From: Podarcis liolepis
Taxonomy: Eukaryota
DNA length: 63,830 nt
Assembly (NCBI GenBank): GCA_965112155.1
Contig: OZ218100.1
Direction: 5' to 3' (one strand)
Positions within the stretch are counted from its first letter, which is position 1. Every line of letters begins with the position of its first letter. This document shows, in pieces, positions 49,028 to 60,860 of this stretch. Made by a program: the position numbers and the translations under genes. The notes below the pieces were generated by a model that saw only the letters and a program-made list of their open reading frames with translations, was not told where the DNA came from and did no database searches.

Positions 49028-49447
49028 TACATTCCTCCAAGTCAAAACTGATTTTTGTGTCTTTTATTCACTGACGATATTTGAAAGGCTTGACCCTAAA
49101 TCATTACTCCTCTTTTACTGTTAAAAGTTCTGCTTTGAAATGTGTTTTCCATTATGTATTGAATTACTTGCAGCTGAGAATTGGCTAGGAGATGACAAAT
49201 TCCTTTTGTACAGTAGTCCCACAAGGCTAATGTTGCTATTCCTGCATAATGAAAAAAAGTCATGTTTCAGTGCTAGAATTTAGGATTCTCTGCACCTATG
49301 CAATGTTGTATGCAAGACTTCGGGAAAGAAGGCTCCACGGGGTTTGATATATGGTCAGCCATATACTGCATGCCCCTTGAACTGGAGTATGGTTCTGAAG
49401 CATGGTCATGCTAAACCGGACCATTAGGATTGGCTTATTTACTGTTA

Positions 49448-49692
49448 CAGTGGTACCTCGGGTTACAGACGCTTCAGGTTACATTGGCTTCAGGTTATAG
49501 GCTCTTCTAAACCAGAAATAGTACCTCGGGTTAAGAACTTTGCTTCAGGATGAGAACAGAAATCGTGCATCAGCAGCGCGGCGGCAGCAGCGGGAGGCCC
49601 CATTAGCTAAAGTGGTGCTTCAGGTTAAGAACAGTTTCAGGTTAAGAATGGACCTCCAGAACAAATTAAGTTCTTAACCAGAGGTACCACTG
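49448..49692. mobile_element. Family B MITE
   Basis: TA|CAGTGGTACCTCGGGTTAC ... AACCAGAGGTACCACTG|TA. Confidence 0.93.
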
Positions 49693-50657
49693 TATCTGCA
49701 ATGCATTTGCAACAAATATACTGCTCTAAATTGCAGCCTCCTTTCTGCTTTTTCATACAGGATTAATTAAGATTGCTTACTTGGTGGCAAAGATCTGCTA
49801 TAATTTTGGAGTCAAAGATATAATCTTGGAGTCAATGATATTTTAAGCAAGCCAATCAGAAATGGTTTTGAACTTAGGAGACCATCTTAACCAGAAATGT
49901 GACCTGTTTTAATCAGTGGGTGGGGCTAAACTATAAACTTAAAATCATATTCATGCTTACTTGTGTTAGATTCAGTTAGATGCAAATTCTGGTCCTTGGT
50001 ACACTCTGAATCAGCTGTTTTAAAGGCCATGAATAGTGGGTTTACTTTGATTACACTGAAGAGGTGATAATGGCACTGTCCCATGTTTAATGCAACATTG
50101 TTAGATGTCCTTTCTCTTTTGTATTAAAACATTCACCTAGTCTTGAGCAGAAATAAAAGGTTCAAAGCTTGTCAGCATCAGTTTTATAGATAGCCACTGA
50201 AAAAAATAATAATGAGATATTGGGTATTGTAAGGCGCAAGGGCTGTCTTGCCAGACTCATTTATTTCCATTCACCTTTTGTCTGAATTGCAGACAGAAGA
50301 CATTCAATTAAAATGTGTCACCTGTTATGTGTGATCTAATTTGTATTTGTAAATGGTACAGATTAGAGCACCAAGCTTCACATGCTCCCAACTTTTTGAA
50401 ACATGTGCACAACATCAGTCTCTTTGGATTGGAAATTTTGGGTGCGTTTGCTTGCAAGAAAATTCATTGTTTGCTTATGGTTTGTGGTACTGTATTTGTA
50501 TCTGGTATTAATATTTTTATTCAAATCACTTGTACACCACCCTGGAATCTGTTAAGATAAAGTGCAGTTTTAAATAAAGCAAATAATGATGTATGCTAAG
50601 CTGGTCCAAGTGTGCTTATTAGATGCATTTCAAATCAAATCTATCCTTAACTAATTA

Positions 50658-51250
50658 CCGTATTTTTCGCCCCATAGGACGCACTTTTCCCCCTCCAAAA
50701 ATGAAGGGGAAATGTGTCTGTGTCCTATGGGGCGAATGCAGGCTTTCGCTGAAGCCTGGAGAGCGAGAGGCATCGGTGCGCACCGACCCCTCTCGCTCTC
50801 CAGGCTTCAGGAAGCTATCCGCAAGCCTTGCAAGCCCGGCAGGAGTTCCCGCGGGCTCACAAGGCTTGCAGGCAGCAGCCTGCAGCCCCAGCGAGTGTCC
50901 GCAAGCCTTGTGCACCGGGCAGGAGGTCCCGCCGAGCGCGCGAGGCTTGGGGTGGCAGCCTGTTGCCCGAAGCACGGGGAGCCCTCCGGAGGGCTCCCTG
51001 TGCTTCGGGCAAGTGTCCGCAAGCCTTGCGCACCCGGCAGGAGGTCCCGCTGGGCGCGAGAGGCTTGGGGCGGCAGCCCGAAGCACGCGGAGCCCTCCGT
51101 AGGGTGCCCCGTGCTTCGGGCAGGTGTGCGCAAGGCTTGGGGCGGCAGCCGCGGCGGGGGGGGGGAATAATATTTTTTTTCATTTCCCCCCCCCAAAAAA
51201 AACGAGGTGCGTCCTATGGGCCGGTGCGCCCTATAGGACGAAAAATACGG
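50658..51250. mobile_element. Family D Tc2/pogo-like MITE with a GC-rich array of hairpins
   Basis: TA|CCGTATTTTTCGCCCCATAGGACGCAC ... GTGCGCCCTATAGGACGAAAAATACGG|TA; CpG-rich interior of serial palindromes. Confidence 0.93.
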
Positions 51251-52443
51251 TAGTATATGGCGAATGTGTAGACCCTGATGTACAAATGTTAGTTACATTT
51301 TCTCCAGCCATCAGTAGCCATAACCTTTTGATGCAGATGTGCTGTTTTTTTCCACCACCTCCACCACCATATTTCAGACACCTTGGCCTGGATCCAGAGA
51401 GCTGCTTAAATGTACTCAAGGCTCTTGTGCTGGCTTTTATCTTACTTCTCATTGAACAGCTGATCCCCATGCTGTATCACAAACTGCTTTAGAAACTCCA
51501 CTCACTTTCAATAGTAATTTGCCATGGGTGTGAGGTGGGTGGGGAAGAACTGGATGCTAGTTTTTAAGTTCTTTGGATCCTGGCCATTATTATTTTCCTG
51601 TTATAAATATATTAGGCATCTGGTTGGCCACTGGGAGAACAGGATGCTGGACTAAATGGGTCATTGGCCTGATCCAGCAGGCTTTTTTTGTGTTCTTACG
51701 TTCTTTCTTCTCTGAACTATCAATTGCATTCCTTATATACAAGTGTAAGCTGAAGACAAGAGAGTTGGTGCCTTTTAAGGTTTCCTATGCTATACTCAGT
51801 AATATGCTTCAGATTGCAGATAGCTATCAGGAGACAAAAACTGACTTCCCTTGCTAATTGTTAATTCAGCAGTAGAGCAGGAAAGCTTTAATGTGAGCCA
51901 TAGCTTTTATCTTTTTTGATGACTTAGGATTCTGTTTTTAAAAAAATGCCTGGCTAATGGACTTGCATTTTGCATCTCTAGATTACTTTTTTTTCTGTAT
52001 TGTGACTACCAATGTACAACTGAATAATTTCAGACCTATTTAGCATGGCCACCAGGCTCCTGTAAATATAAAAGTCCATGTTTTCGTTTTTCTTCACATA
52101 GTTTTTTTCTAGTGTGAATTGCAGTGTTGTAAGTAGGTAATAAAACCACAGTGTAACTTGATTTTTATATAAGCAACTGTTTTTCCTTCTGTGGAATTAG
52201 GATCTAATTTGTGTGGACCCAATACAATAATCCACCTGAGCCGTGCAGATTACGAAACAATGCTGCATAGTTTATTATCCAAATAAGATTGAAAAAAGTT
52301 GCCTCATTTAGATAAATGAATGTTTATTCAACCTGCTTGGCATTCTTGTAAATATATACAACATGTGGGTCTTAGTGTGTTTACATTACCCATTTAGAGT
52401 GCTGTACAATGAAGCTGCGTGTCCTCTGATACATTTTACAGCT

Positions 52444-52447
<4 letters not shown>

Positions 52448-52483
<36 letters not shown>
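52448..52483. repeat. (AC)n microsatellite
   Basis: Directly visible. Confidence 0.95.
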
Positions 52484-52484
<1 letters not shown>

Positions 52485-52514
52485 ACAGTTCACATCAGCA
52501 CAGCTTCGTTAGTA

Positions 52515-52747
52515 CAGTGGTACCTCGGGTTAAGTACTTAATTCGTTCCGGAGGTCCGTACTTAACCTGAAACTGTTCTTAACCTGAAGCACCACTTTAG
52601 CCAATGGGGCCTCCTGCTGCCGCTGTGTCGCCGGAGCACGATTTCTGTTCTCATCCTGAAGCAAAGTTCTTAACCTGAAGCACTATTTCTGGGTTAACCT
52701 GAAGCGGCGTGTGTAACCTGAAGCGTATGTAACCCGAGATACCACTG
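52515..52747. mobile_element. Family B MITE
   Basis: TA|CAGTGGTACCTCGGGTTAAG ... AACCCGAGATACCACTG|TA. Confidence 0.93.
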
Positions 52748-52929
52748 TATCAAGTTCGTCACTATTGAGCAGCATTGACACACCCTTTTGGATATGCTTC
52801 TGGTGTTACCTAGAGAGGAAGAATATTTATGTTTGAAACGCCTTGGGAAATATGCAAACTGCCTTATCAATAAAACTGTCTTGTACCCATTTCTTTGAGT
52901 AATGGATCAGGTTTACAGTCTAGTTTGCA

Positions 52930-53280
52930 TCTTTGTCACTGGAGGCCCAAGTGGCCTCTGTGGGATGGAATGTCTTTCATCAGCTAAAGCTGGTGCACCA
53001 GCTGTGCCTTCTGTGAACAGCGAGGCAATTCATGCTCCCTTAACATCAAGGATTGACTAATTTAATACATAAACTGTGGGGCTACTTTGGAAGAAGGCTC
53101 CAGAAACTGAAGTTAGTTCAGAATAGAACCACTAGGCTACTGTTTGGGACTGGACACCGCAACAGTGCTTAATAGAGCTGCATTGGTCTGCAGCCCATTT
53201 TCAAGTCCAATCCAAAGAGCTGGTGCTTATCTGTAAAGCCCTACATTGTTTTATATTCAAAGCCATACATTGCTTGATGC
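52930..53280 (+). mobile_element. Old L2 LINE, left part (appears to continue at 56122-56245 and 56613-56830)
   Basis: EAQVASV..N.FHQLKLVHQL, QKLKLVQNRTTRLL, LHW..., LVLICKAL motifs; downstream RERAFSV-like stretch around 56205-56245. Confidence 0.7.
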
Positions 53281-53285
53281 CTAGG

Positions 53286-55750
53286 TTTTGTTGTTGGCAT
53301 CCATCTGTCTCAGGAGAGTATGCCTTCAGGGATAAAGTCAAACTGTTGGAGAGCTACAGTGCTTGCTGTGGCTGTAGAGACCAGTACAGGAGAGACATGC
53401 TTTATTGCAGGTGGGATAGATAAAGGCATCCAGTATTGCTGCCGCAGGTGCACCATGGAGTTTCTTCCCTCTGTGTTCCTTTCAGCAGTCATTCTTCCTC
53501 TGATCACTGCTGTGGATACACAACCTGTCTGTCTCCAGGCACTGCAATCTTCTGAAAAGGATTTCCATATGGTGGGGTTAATGTTGCAAGCCTTCATGTC
53601 ATGCTTGTAGATGCAGAGTTAGTCTGCCAACAGGCCTAGTGCCTGCAGCCAGCTTCCACAGAACACATCCTTGGGGATCCTGCCATCTTCCATTCTGTGG
53701 ACATGATGAAGCCAGAGTAGACATCACTGAGACAGAAGTGACAACATGCTGGGAATGTGAGTTTAGGAAAGCACATCTTGATTTGAAATGCTGTCCAGCC
53801 ATGTGACGTCAAAAATCTTCCTGTTGCAGCGCATATGGAAGGCACGGAGGCATCACTTTTGGTGGGTGTAAGTTGCCCATGACTCACTTCCATAAAGCAG
53901 TGTGCTCAGCACACAAGTCTGGTAGACCCTCATCTTGGTACTGGTTGTTAGCATCACATTCTACCCTATCCTTTTGGAAAGGTGAGACAAGCCATTGCCA
54001 TAGCAGCCTTGCCAATATGATTGTCTCTCTCAGTGTCAATGGAAACTTTGCTAGTTATGATAGAGCCTGGATAGACAAAATTGTCTCCCACCTCAAGTGA
54101 GTGGCCATTTCTGATGCATGGAATGCTATTGACATCCTGACCCAAGATATTGGCATAGCTGTCAACTTTTCCCTTTTCTTGCAAGGAATCCTATTTGGAA
54201 TAAGGGAATTTCCCTTTAAAAAAGGGAAACGTTGACAGCTATGGATATTGGTCTTCATCAGGCTGATGGTGAGGCCAAACTCCATGGAGGATTGGGCAGA
54301 ACATTTGATAAGTCTCTGTAGAGCTTCCTTGGAGTGTCTGTCAAGGCTGTGTTATCTGCAAACAACATCTTATGGATAAGAACCCACCACACTTTTGTAT
54401 TGGCATGGAGACATGCCAGGTTGAACAGAAACCTGTCGCTCCTTGCATGGATGTACATACTGTCATCAGTTGAACTGAAGGCATGCAAGAGCAACAGGGA
54501 TTAAAATAAGCCAAAGAGAGTTTGAGCAAGAACACATTGCTGCTTCACGCTGCTTTTTATATGGAAGGCGTCTGAGGACACCCGTCTTCCTGGGCAGTGG
54601 TGTGTTTATATGGAAGGCGTCTGAGGACACCCGTCTTCCTGGGCAGTGGTGTGCATGTCCTCATGGGAGGACATGATTATGTTGTCATGGGCATCCCATC
54701 TTGTGGAACAGTGTGAAGAGTCCTTTTCGGCTGATGAGGTCAAAGGCCTTCACCAGGTCTATGAAGGAAATCTACAAGGAGTGTCTCTGCTCTTGGCTTT
54801 TCTCCTGCAGTTGGTCCAGTGAGAAAATCATGTCGACTGTTGACCTCTGAGCTCTAAAGCCGCATTGCGACCCAGGATAGACCCTGTCAGCAATTAACTG
54901 CAGTCTGTTGAGAACAACATGGTGCAATACTAAGCATGGTGATTCCATGGTAGTTGTTAGAATAATCACAGTCACTTATGTCCTTATGGAGGCTCCAAAT
55001 GCTGGGGTTGTGCATATCTTGTGGCATGGATCCCTCTTCCCAACACTGCAAGAGAAGGCCGTAGAGGTGTGTCATGAGGGAGGAATTGAGGCTGGCTTTC
55101 AGCACTGTTGGGATTCTGACCTGTCCTGGGGCTTAACCACATGCATGAAAGATGATGGCATTTTTCAGCTCATCAAGGGAAGGAGGAATACCCAGCTCTT
55201 CCAAGACAGGCAGAGTCTGGATGCTGTCAATTGCTGTGTTGGAGACCATGTTTTTCAGGGAGTACAGCTTTTGCTAGTGTTCTACTCTGCCCATTGCTTC
55301 ATCTGCTTGCTGCAGTCTGTAAAGCTCTCTCCAGACAAGGTTTTCAGCAGTGCAGTTTTCCTGACTGTTAGTCCTTTTTCAGAAATGAGTAGGCAGAAGA
55401 CATTTAAGATCAGACTTTTCTTTCTCCTAGATGAGCTATCTCCACTGGTTAATGAGCACCATCTGCCCCTCATTTCCTCAACAGCACCTGCAGAAAAAAA
55501 GCCTTCCTGGCCATTGGACTCACTATTAGTCTCATCTGCTCAATCTGCTGGAGCCTGTCTTTGCATGCAGGGGATAGGCAAGTCCCTAAATCACCAAGGG
55601 TTTAAGAGCCATTGGGTACTCTCACCTTGTTTAGTCGGCCAGTCAAAGCTGTTTCCTGGGATGTGGCCACTGTCATATGCTGATAGCTTCTAGGTGCCAC
55701 AGGTGAGGGCTGAGTGCATTGTGGGGACCAGGGTGAATGAACTACCCAGA
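53286..55750 (-). mobile_element. Degenerate RTE-clade LINE (not BovB), apparently lacking the endonuclease region
   Basis: Minus strand: YPGSQCGFRAQRSTVDMIFSLDQLQEKSQEQ, HKMLFADNTAL, FGLTISLMKTNI, LEVGDNFVYPGSIIT, C-terminal CNKACLSCTGLYSHSKHC, 3' end gagacagatggatgcc(aac)n. 5' boundary approximate. Confidence 0.88.
54556..54653. repeat. Perfect 49-bp tandem duplication inside the RTE
   Basis: tttatatggaaggcgtctgaggacacccgtcttcctgggcagtggtgtg twice (54556-54604, 54605-54653). Confidence 0.95.
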
Positions 55751-55773
55751 TCGTCTCCTTCCAGCCGTCACGC

Positions 55774-56121
55774 TGTGAAGATCCCTCGACCTCTGGTGCG
55801 ACGTAAATCAGTGACCCAAGTCTGCTGACATGGGCACACTTTACTTAGCAGAGCAAACTGCGCAATGAAAGAGGCTTGAGGCTTGTGGAGACATACTAAC
55901 AAACTACGGATTTATTAAACATAAATCAGGACAAAGAAACATGTCGTCTCTCTTTGCCATCTCTTCCGAGAGAGAAAAGCAAAAGCAAAACAACACTGCG
56001 GAAATTCCGCTTACACCAGCAAACAGTGCTGGAATGTAAATAGACATGTGACATGTAACATGTCTGTAACTAAAGGTGGAATGGAAAATTCCCAAAAGGG
56101 AGCACAACATGTCTTCCAACA
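55774..56121 (-). mobile_element. Candidate solo LTR
   Basis: TGTGAAGA ... TCTTCCAACA imperfect inverted termini, AATAAA on the minus strand near 55911-55916; no TSD found. Confidence 0.35.
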
Positions 56122-56245
56122 GAGGTACTGCCCCTCCCTTAATACTCCATGTCCTGAGATCATTGGTGAAGACTGTCCTTTAGGTGTCCAACATCTGACC
56201 TGAAAAGAGGAAGAGAACATTTTCAGTGATGGTACCCTGATTATT

Positions 56246-56599
56246 GGGACGCGGGTGGCGCTGTGGGTAAAACCTCAGCGCCTAGGGCTTGCCGATCGCA
56301 TGGTCGGCGGTTCGAATCCCCGCGGCGGGGTGAGCTCCCGTCTCGGTCCCAGCTCCTGCCCACCTAGCAGTTCGAAAGCACTCCTAAGTGCAAGTAGATA
56401 AATAGGTACCGCTTTATAGCGGGAAGGTAAACGGCGTTTCCGTGTGCTGCGCTGGTGCTGGCTCGCCAGAGCAGCTTCGTCACACTGGCCACGTGACCGG
56501 AAGCGTCTCCGGACAGTGCTGGCCCCCGGCCTCTTAAGTGAGATGGGCGCACAACCCTAGAGTCGGACACGACTGGCCCGTATGGGCAGGGGGTACCTT
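56246..56599 (+). mobile_element. Full-length Sauria SINE (Squam1) with 13-bp TSD
   Basis: GGGACGCGGGTGGCGCTGTGG head, B box GGTTCGAATCC, body gtagataaataggtaccgc..gggaaggtaaacggcgtttccgtg, gagtcggacacgact (BovB-related) and ACCTTT tail; TSD TACCCTGATTATT at 56233-56245 and 56600-56612. Confidence 0.95.
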
Positions 56600-57322
56600 T
56601 ACCCTGATTATTGTGCTTCCTCACTAGGGAGGCTTGCCTGGCACCCACTCTGTTATTTTTTTGGTGTCGGATAAATATTTTTAAAAATCCTTACAGGCTT
56701 TAAAGTTCTGCCTGTTAATTTTAACTGCTGCTTCATTGCTGGTTTCATTGTGATTGTTTTGTTTTGCTGTATTGCACTGATTTTATTGCTGATTTCATGG
56801 TAAGAATGGTCCTATGAATATAAGTGGGGCTTGCAACAAAATGTTGCAGTGTGAAGTTTATTGCTTAGTGTTCTAAAAAATTAGCCATGCACTCCTGCAG
56901 GACACATCATTCCATTCCTGCTTCCACCTGGCTTTCTGTGACTAGCCAGCATTTTATGATCACTGAGTGCACACATTCTGCAGCGAGTCCTCTCTTTCTT
57001 AGCACCCCATTTCCAGATTTCTGTACTTCTAGAAATACTGGGGCTTCCCCAGCATACCGATTTGATATGGGTAGTGCTGTTTTACCTGTATAAATGTAAG
57101 CACTTATGCCTCAATACCAGAAATAGCAGGAATATTTCCTAATACTTTTGAATTTGTGTAAAGCTGAAGTTGTTGAATTTTATGCTGTGCCCATTTCTTT
57201 CACTTCTTTCGATTTCAAACAATCTTGAACTTTTACTGTTTTATTGGAAAGTTTCATCATTCCATAAGATATTTTCTTCCAAATGTTTTAAACACACCTT
57301 TCTTTTTTTGTCTCACCTTCAG

Positions 57323-57433
57323 GAGTGCGCCTAGACAGAGTACGTGGAGGTCGTCAGAAGTACAAGCGCAGAATAGATGCAGAAAATAGCCCATACCTGA
57401 ATCCTCAGCTAGTTCAGCCAGCCAAAAAGCCAT
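57323..57433 (+). CDS. ESRRG: ESRRG internal coding exon (111 bp, phase 1/1): DBD C-terminal extension and hinge
   Basis: Polypyrimidine tract plus ttcAG acceptor (AG 57321-57322) and GTAAGT donor at 57434. Translates (G)[36 protein letters not shown](Y), the ERR-gamma T/A-box and hinge. The hinge distinguishes it from ESRRB/ESRRA. Confidence 0.97.
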
Positions 57434-58372
57434 GTAAGTAAATCAGTTGGTGGTTTTTTCCTTGGTACGTATACTTGAGGTTGCATCCCAGTAAAGCAAG
57501 AAGCATCCAAAACGAACCATATGCATTATGTTCCTTATCAATGATGATTTTGTAAACTATTCATATCATCCGTATCCTTTCTCTGAAGAGTCAAGAAAAG
57601 ACTCTTTTAAGGGTGAGAGCTTGCTAATGCACAATTTATGCAGTGCAAATTTTACATTTACAGGTGATCTTTATTTTCAGTGGTACATAAAACAGCTCAT
57701 GCTGTGATCATTAGTTCATTGAAGCTTCTAGTCTCAGATTTTACAAGAAAGTGATTTTTGCAGTTTTCACTAACTAAATGAGTTTGACTGCTCAACCTCC
57801 CAATGAAAATACATTAGGAGCCTCATTAATTTATAGCAATAGAAGGCTGACACACTACTAGCTAGTATTAGATTAAAGCAGGAAAGTGCTACACCTACAA
57901 CATGCATAGGGAGGATGTTAATGTTCTCATATGCAGCTGATATTAAAAGAAAGAACAAGATACAGTTTGATAAGCTAAAGGCCTATAAAGCCATTTGTAC
58001 AAATCATGCAGAAGCTGCTAATTCTCGAAGAAACAAGTTGGGTAGTCTACAAAAACAAGAATTAGCAGCTAACAGCACTTGTGAATTCTTTTGTATGTCA
58101 CTTTTAAAATAGCTGTTTTGGAGTCTAAGCAGTGGCAGAAGCCTCCAGGCTACAAAAGCCTTCACTTTAGACAAGAGTAGTAAAAGGCTCCAAGGATTAC
58201 CCTGATGGCACTTACCTGGTTGTGTAAAAAAAAAAAAAGCACTGTGTTGTTTTTCACCTCCCATTCCCCAGTAGGGGACACTACTGTGTGCATTACGCAT
58301 GAGCATATGGAGACCTGGAAAGCAAATAAACAGAGTTTGAACTGTAAGCAAAAGGGCATTTTAGCTGTGTCA

Positions 58373-58504
58373 NNNNNNNNNNNNNNNNNNNNNNNNNNNN
58401 NNNNNNNNNNNNNNNNNNNNNNNNNNNNNNNNNNNNNNNNNNNNNNNNNNNNNNNNNNNNNNNNNNNNNNNNNNNNNNNNNNNNNNNNNNNNNNNNNNNN
58501 NNNN
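58373..58504. other. Assembly gap
   Basis: Run of N. Confidence 1.
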
Positions 58505-59908
58505 TGGATAAGCTGTTCCACCACTCTGTAAATACAATCTAGGGTTGCATTAAGCAGATTTTGCGCATTATAATAAAAACTTTCTGATAATACAATAAAA
58601 TTCAATAAACTCTAATGCTTAATTTCATTAGAGGTTTAGATTTTCTGGATGCACAGATTGCCAGCTTTTCATTTGTTTTATATTGTGCCATTGAGTTGAA
58701 TTGCTGACAGCTCGGCACATGCACTCACAATTAAGCCTTTTTATCACAGACATAGGTTAATGCTGAAAATGTGAGGAATTGGAAGGGTGCAATCCACCAG
58801 TAAGTCGTCTTGGGAATGCCCCATTAAAATGAACAGGCACTGTACAAGAATACTACTCTGCTCTTTCACAGCTCCCATTCATTTCAAAGGGAAATATGTA
58901 GTATAACTTTTCAGTGAATTGTTTTCCCTGTGCCTAGCCAAAATCATTGAGATATTACACAACATGCAAGAATTTAATGAAACACATTTTAGAGGATTCT
59001 ATTGCTCAAGATAAACTAGCTTCCGGTCCTCACATGCAATCCTTTATTTAGATATTTATTTAATGGCTCCCTGGTCATTTTTCTTAGTTCATCCTGTAAG
59101 AAACACATATAGCATAACTTCTTTTTGGTTCTTTTGCATCCGTCCCAGCAAGTGTCAAGAGTGAAACAGTGAAATCACTTTGACTAAAGAAGTAGCCAGG
59201 GAGATTTTCTGGGTTCTGACAGATAGTCTGAGCACAACAAAGGCAGTGGAATGAAAATTGGGTTTTATTGATTCTAATTAGGGAAACGTTAAATAAGATT
59301 TACCTAGGAACCGTGCTTGTGGCTATTCTAACTGATGCGCTTCCTGAGCACATTCAGAATGCCCCTGGATTTGTACTTTCAATACTGACAATGCTTTCCC
59401 CCCATAGCGAAATAATAGAGATTAGGAAATGTTCACAACACACACTTTTTTTTTATTATTTCCTTTCTTTTAACCACAACCCAGTGGTCTGCCTACAGGT
59501 CTTGTCATGTTGTCAGAACAATGGGTATGAAAACTCTGTGAACCTTAAATTAAACTGTACAGCATCCTGAATCACTGCACAAAGGGAAATGTTTAAGGGA
59601 AAAATAGAGAATATTTCGTTTTCTACCACCCCACCCCTAAATATGCTGCTCTCATCCATGCTTTTTTTAAATAATTAACTTGGTGAGTCTTTGACACTTC
59701 AACAAATTTGTTAAAATAGTTACTAGATTTCAAAATCCAAGCAACTCACATCTCCTCTGTCTGCATACATTTTATTACGAATACTAGACAAACCTTGGAC
59801 TTTAAGAAAAGAAATATTTAAGAAAAGTTGTGAAAATATTTACTTGTTTGTTTTGATAATTTTGTTATAGGAAGCAACCATGGGTAATAAAACAGTGAAT
59901 TAATGGAG

Positions 59909-59910
<2 letters not shown>

Positions 59911-59943
<33 letters not shown>
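59911..59943. repeat. (GT)n microsatellite
   Basis: Directly visible. Confidence 0.95.
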
Positions 59944-59944
<1 letters not shown>

Positions 59945-60753
59945 ACTGCAGCCAACAGTTTAATATCATCACTGAAATCTGTTTATCAAGAAATACTAAA
60001 ACTGCTATCTGTCACCTTTAGATGAGATAAATAATACCCATTAATTAGTCTGAGAATAGTAGAATGTTGGGGGGGATTTTGTTTGTTTGTTGGTGTAGCT
60101 TTAGTAGTTCTTATGAAACAATGAGCATATGACTCCAGGTCTGTTGCTAAGTACTGTAATACCAGATCAGCTTTTGAATTTCCCTCCTCTGTGATTTGAA
60201 TACATAATCTACATTAACTAGAATGGTCAAACAGTTGAAACAATCTCTGTTCCACCCTCTGTCCCACATCAACTTTCAGTCTAAGAGTTCCTCCATTCAC
60301 TTGTGAACAGGACGCTTTTACATTGTAATAATAATAAACAAACATACTTGAGGTGGTGTCTTGTGTTTGGTTTATGAGGAACTGACATTTTTTAAATTTG
60401 TGACATACCTGTTTGTAAAAGACTAGAGACAGAAATAGATAAGAACTCCCGGATAAATTATACAATAGAACATTTAAAGAAAAATCTTAGAATGAATTTC
60501 CTCAGGTTTTATAGCCGTTGAATGCAGTTTCTGAAAACACTTGAACTTCACCCAGTGACAATTTGAACCTTGGTTTCTCCCATCCTATGCTTCACAACCT
60601 CACACTGGGTCTCATGAGTGGTATATATAGATTTATGTGTTCACACCTGATCCCATTGAAGTAAATAACATTCCCACCAATTCTGGTAGATAGGGGCTAT
60701 ATCCCCAGACTACCAGTGACATAGCAAATGTTATACAGGCCAAAACTTAATAT

Positions 60754-60860
60754 TTGTGGATAGCTCAGTTGGTAGAGCATGAGACTCATAATCTCAGGGT
60801 CGTGGGTTCGAGCCATATGTTGGGTGAAAGATTCCTGTGTTGCAGGGAGTTGGACTAGAT
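60754..60860 (+). mobile_element. tRNA-Lys-derived head + CR1-tail SINE (3'-truncated), not a functional tRNA
   Basis: TAGCTCAGTTGGTAGAGCATGAGACTCATAATCTCAGGGTCGTGGGTTCGAGCC matches tRNA-Lys(CTT) except anticodon CAT; acceptor stem broken; followed by aagattcctgtgttgcagggagttggactagat (CR1 3' end). Confidence 0.85.

Larger units (their letters stand above)
1..57322 (+). other. ESRRG: 3' part of a large ESRRG intron (after the second zinc-finger exon)
   Basis: No [28 protein letters not shown]-encoding exon seen upstream in the window by eye; repeat-rich non-coding composition. An exon hidden in an N gap cannot be excluded. Confidence 0.8.

Noticed and set aside
50820-51150. CRISPR-like array
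   Set aside because: Alternating palindromic modules with no unique spacers or cas genes, inside a TA-flanked eukaryotic MITE.
50623-51253. Six overlapping 108-159-aa ORFs
   Set aside because: Result of GC-rich palindromic MITE interior lacking stop codons.
54908-55693. 261-aa plus-strand ORF
   Set aside because: Antisense shadow of the degenerate RTE; no recognisable domain.
60754-60826. Functional tRNA-Met or tRNA-Lys gene
   Set aside because: Acceptor stem does not pair, no oligo-T terminator, fused to a CR1 tail.
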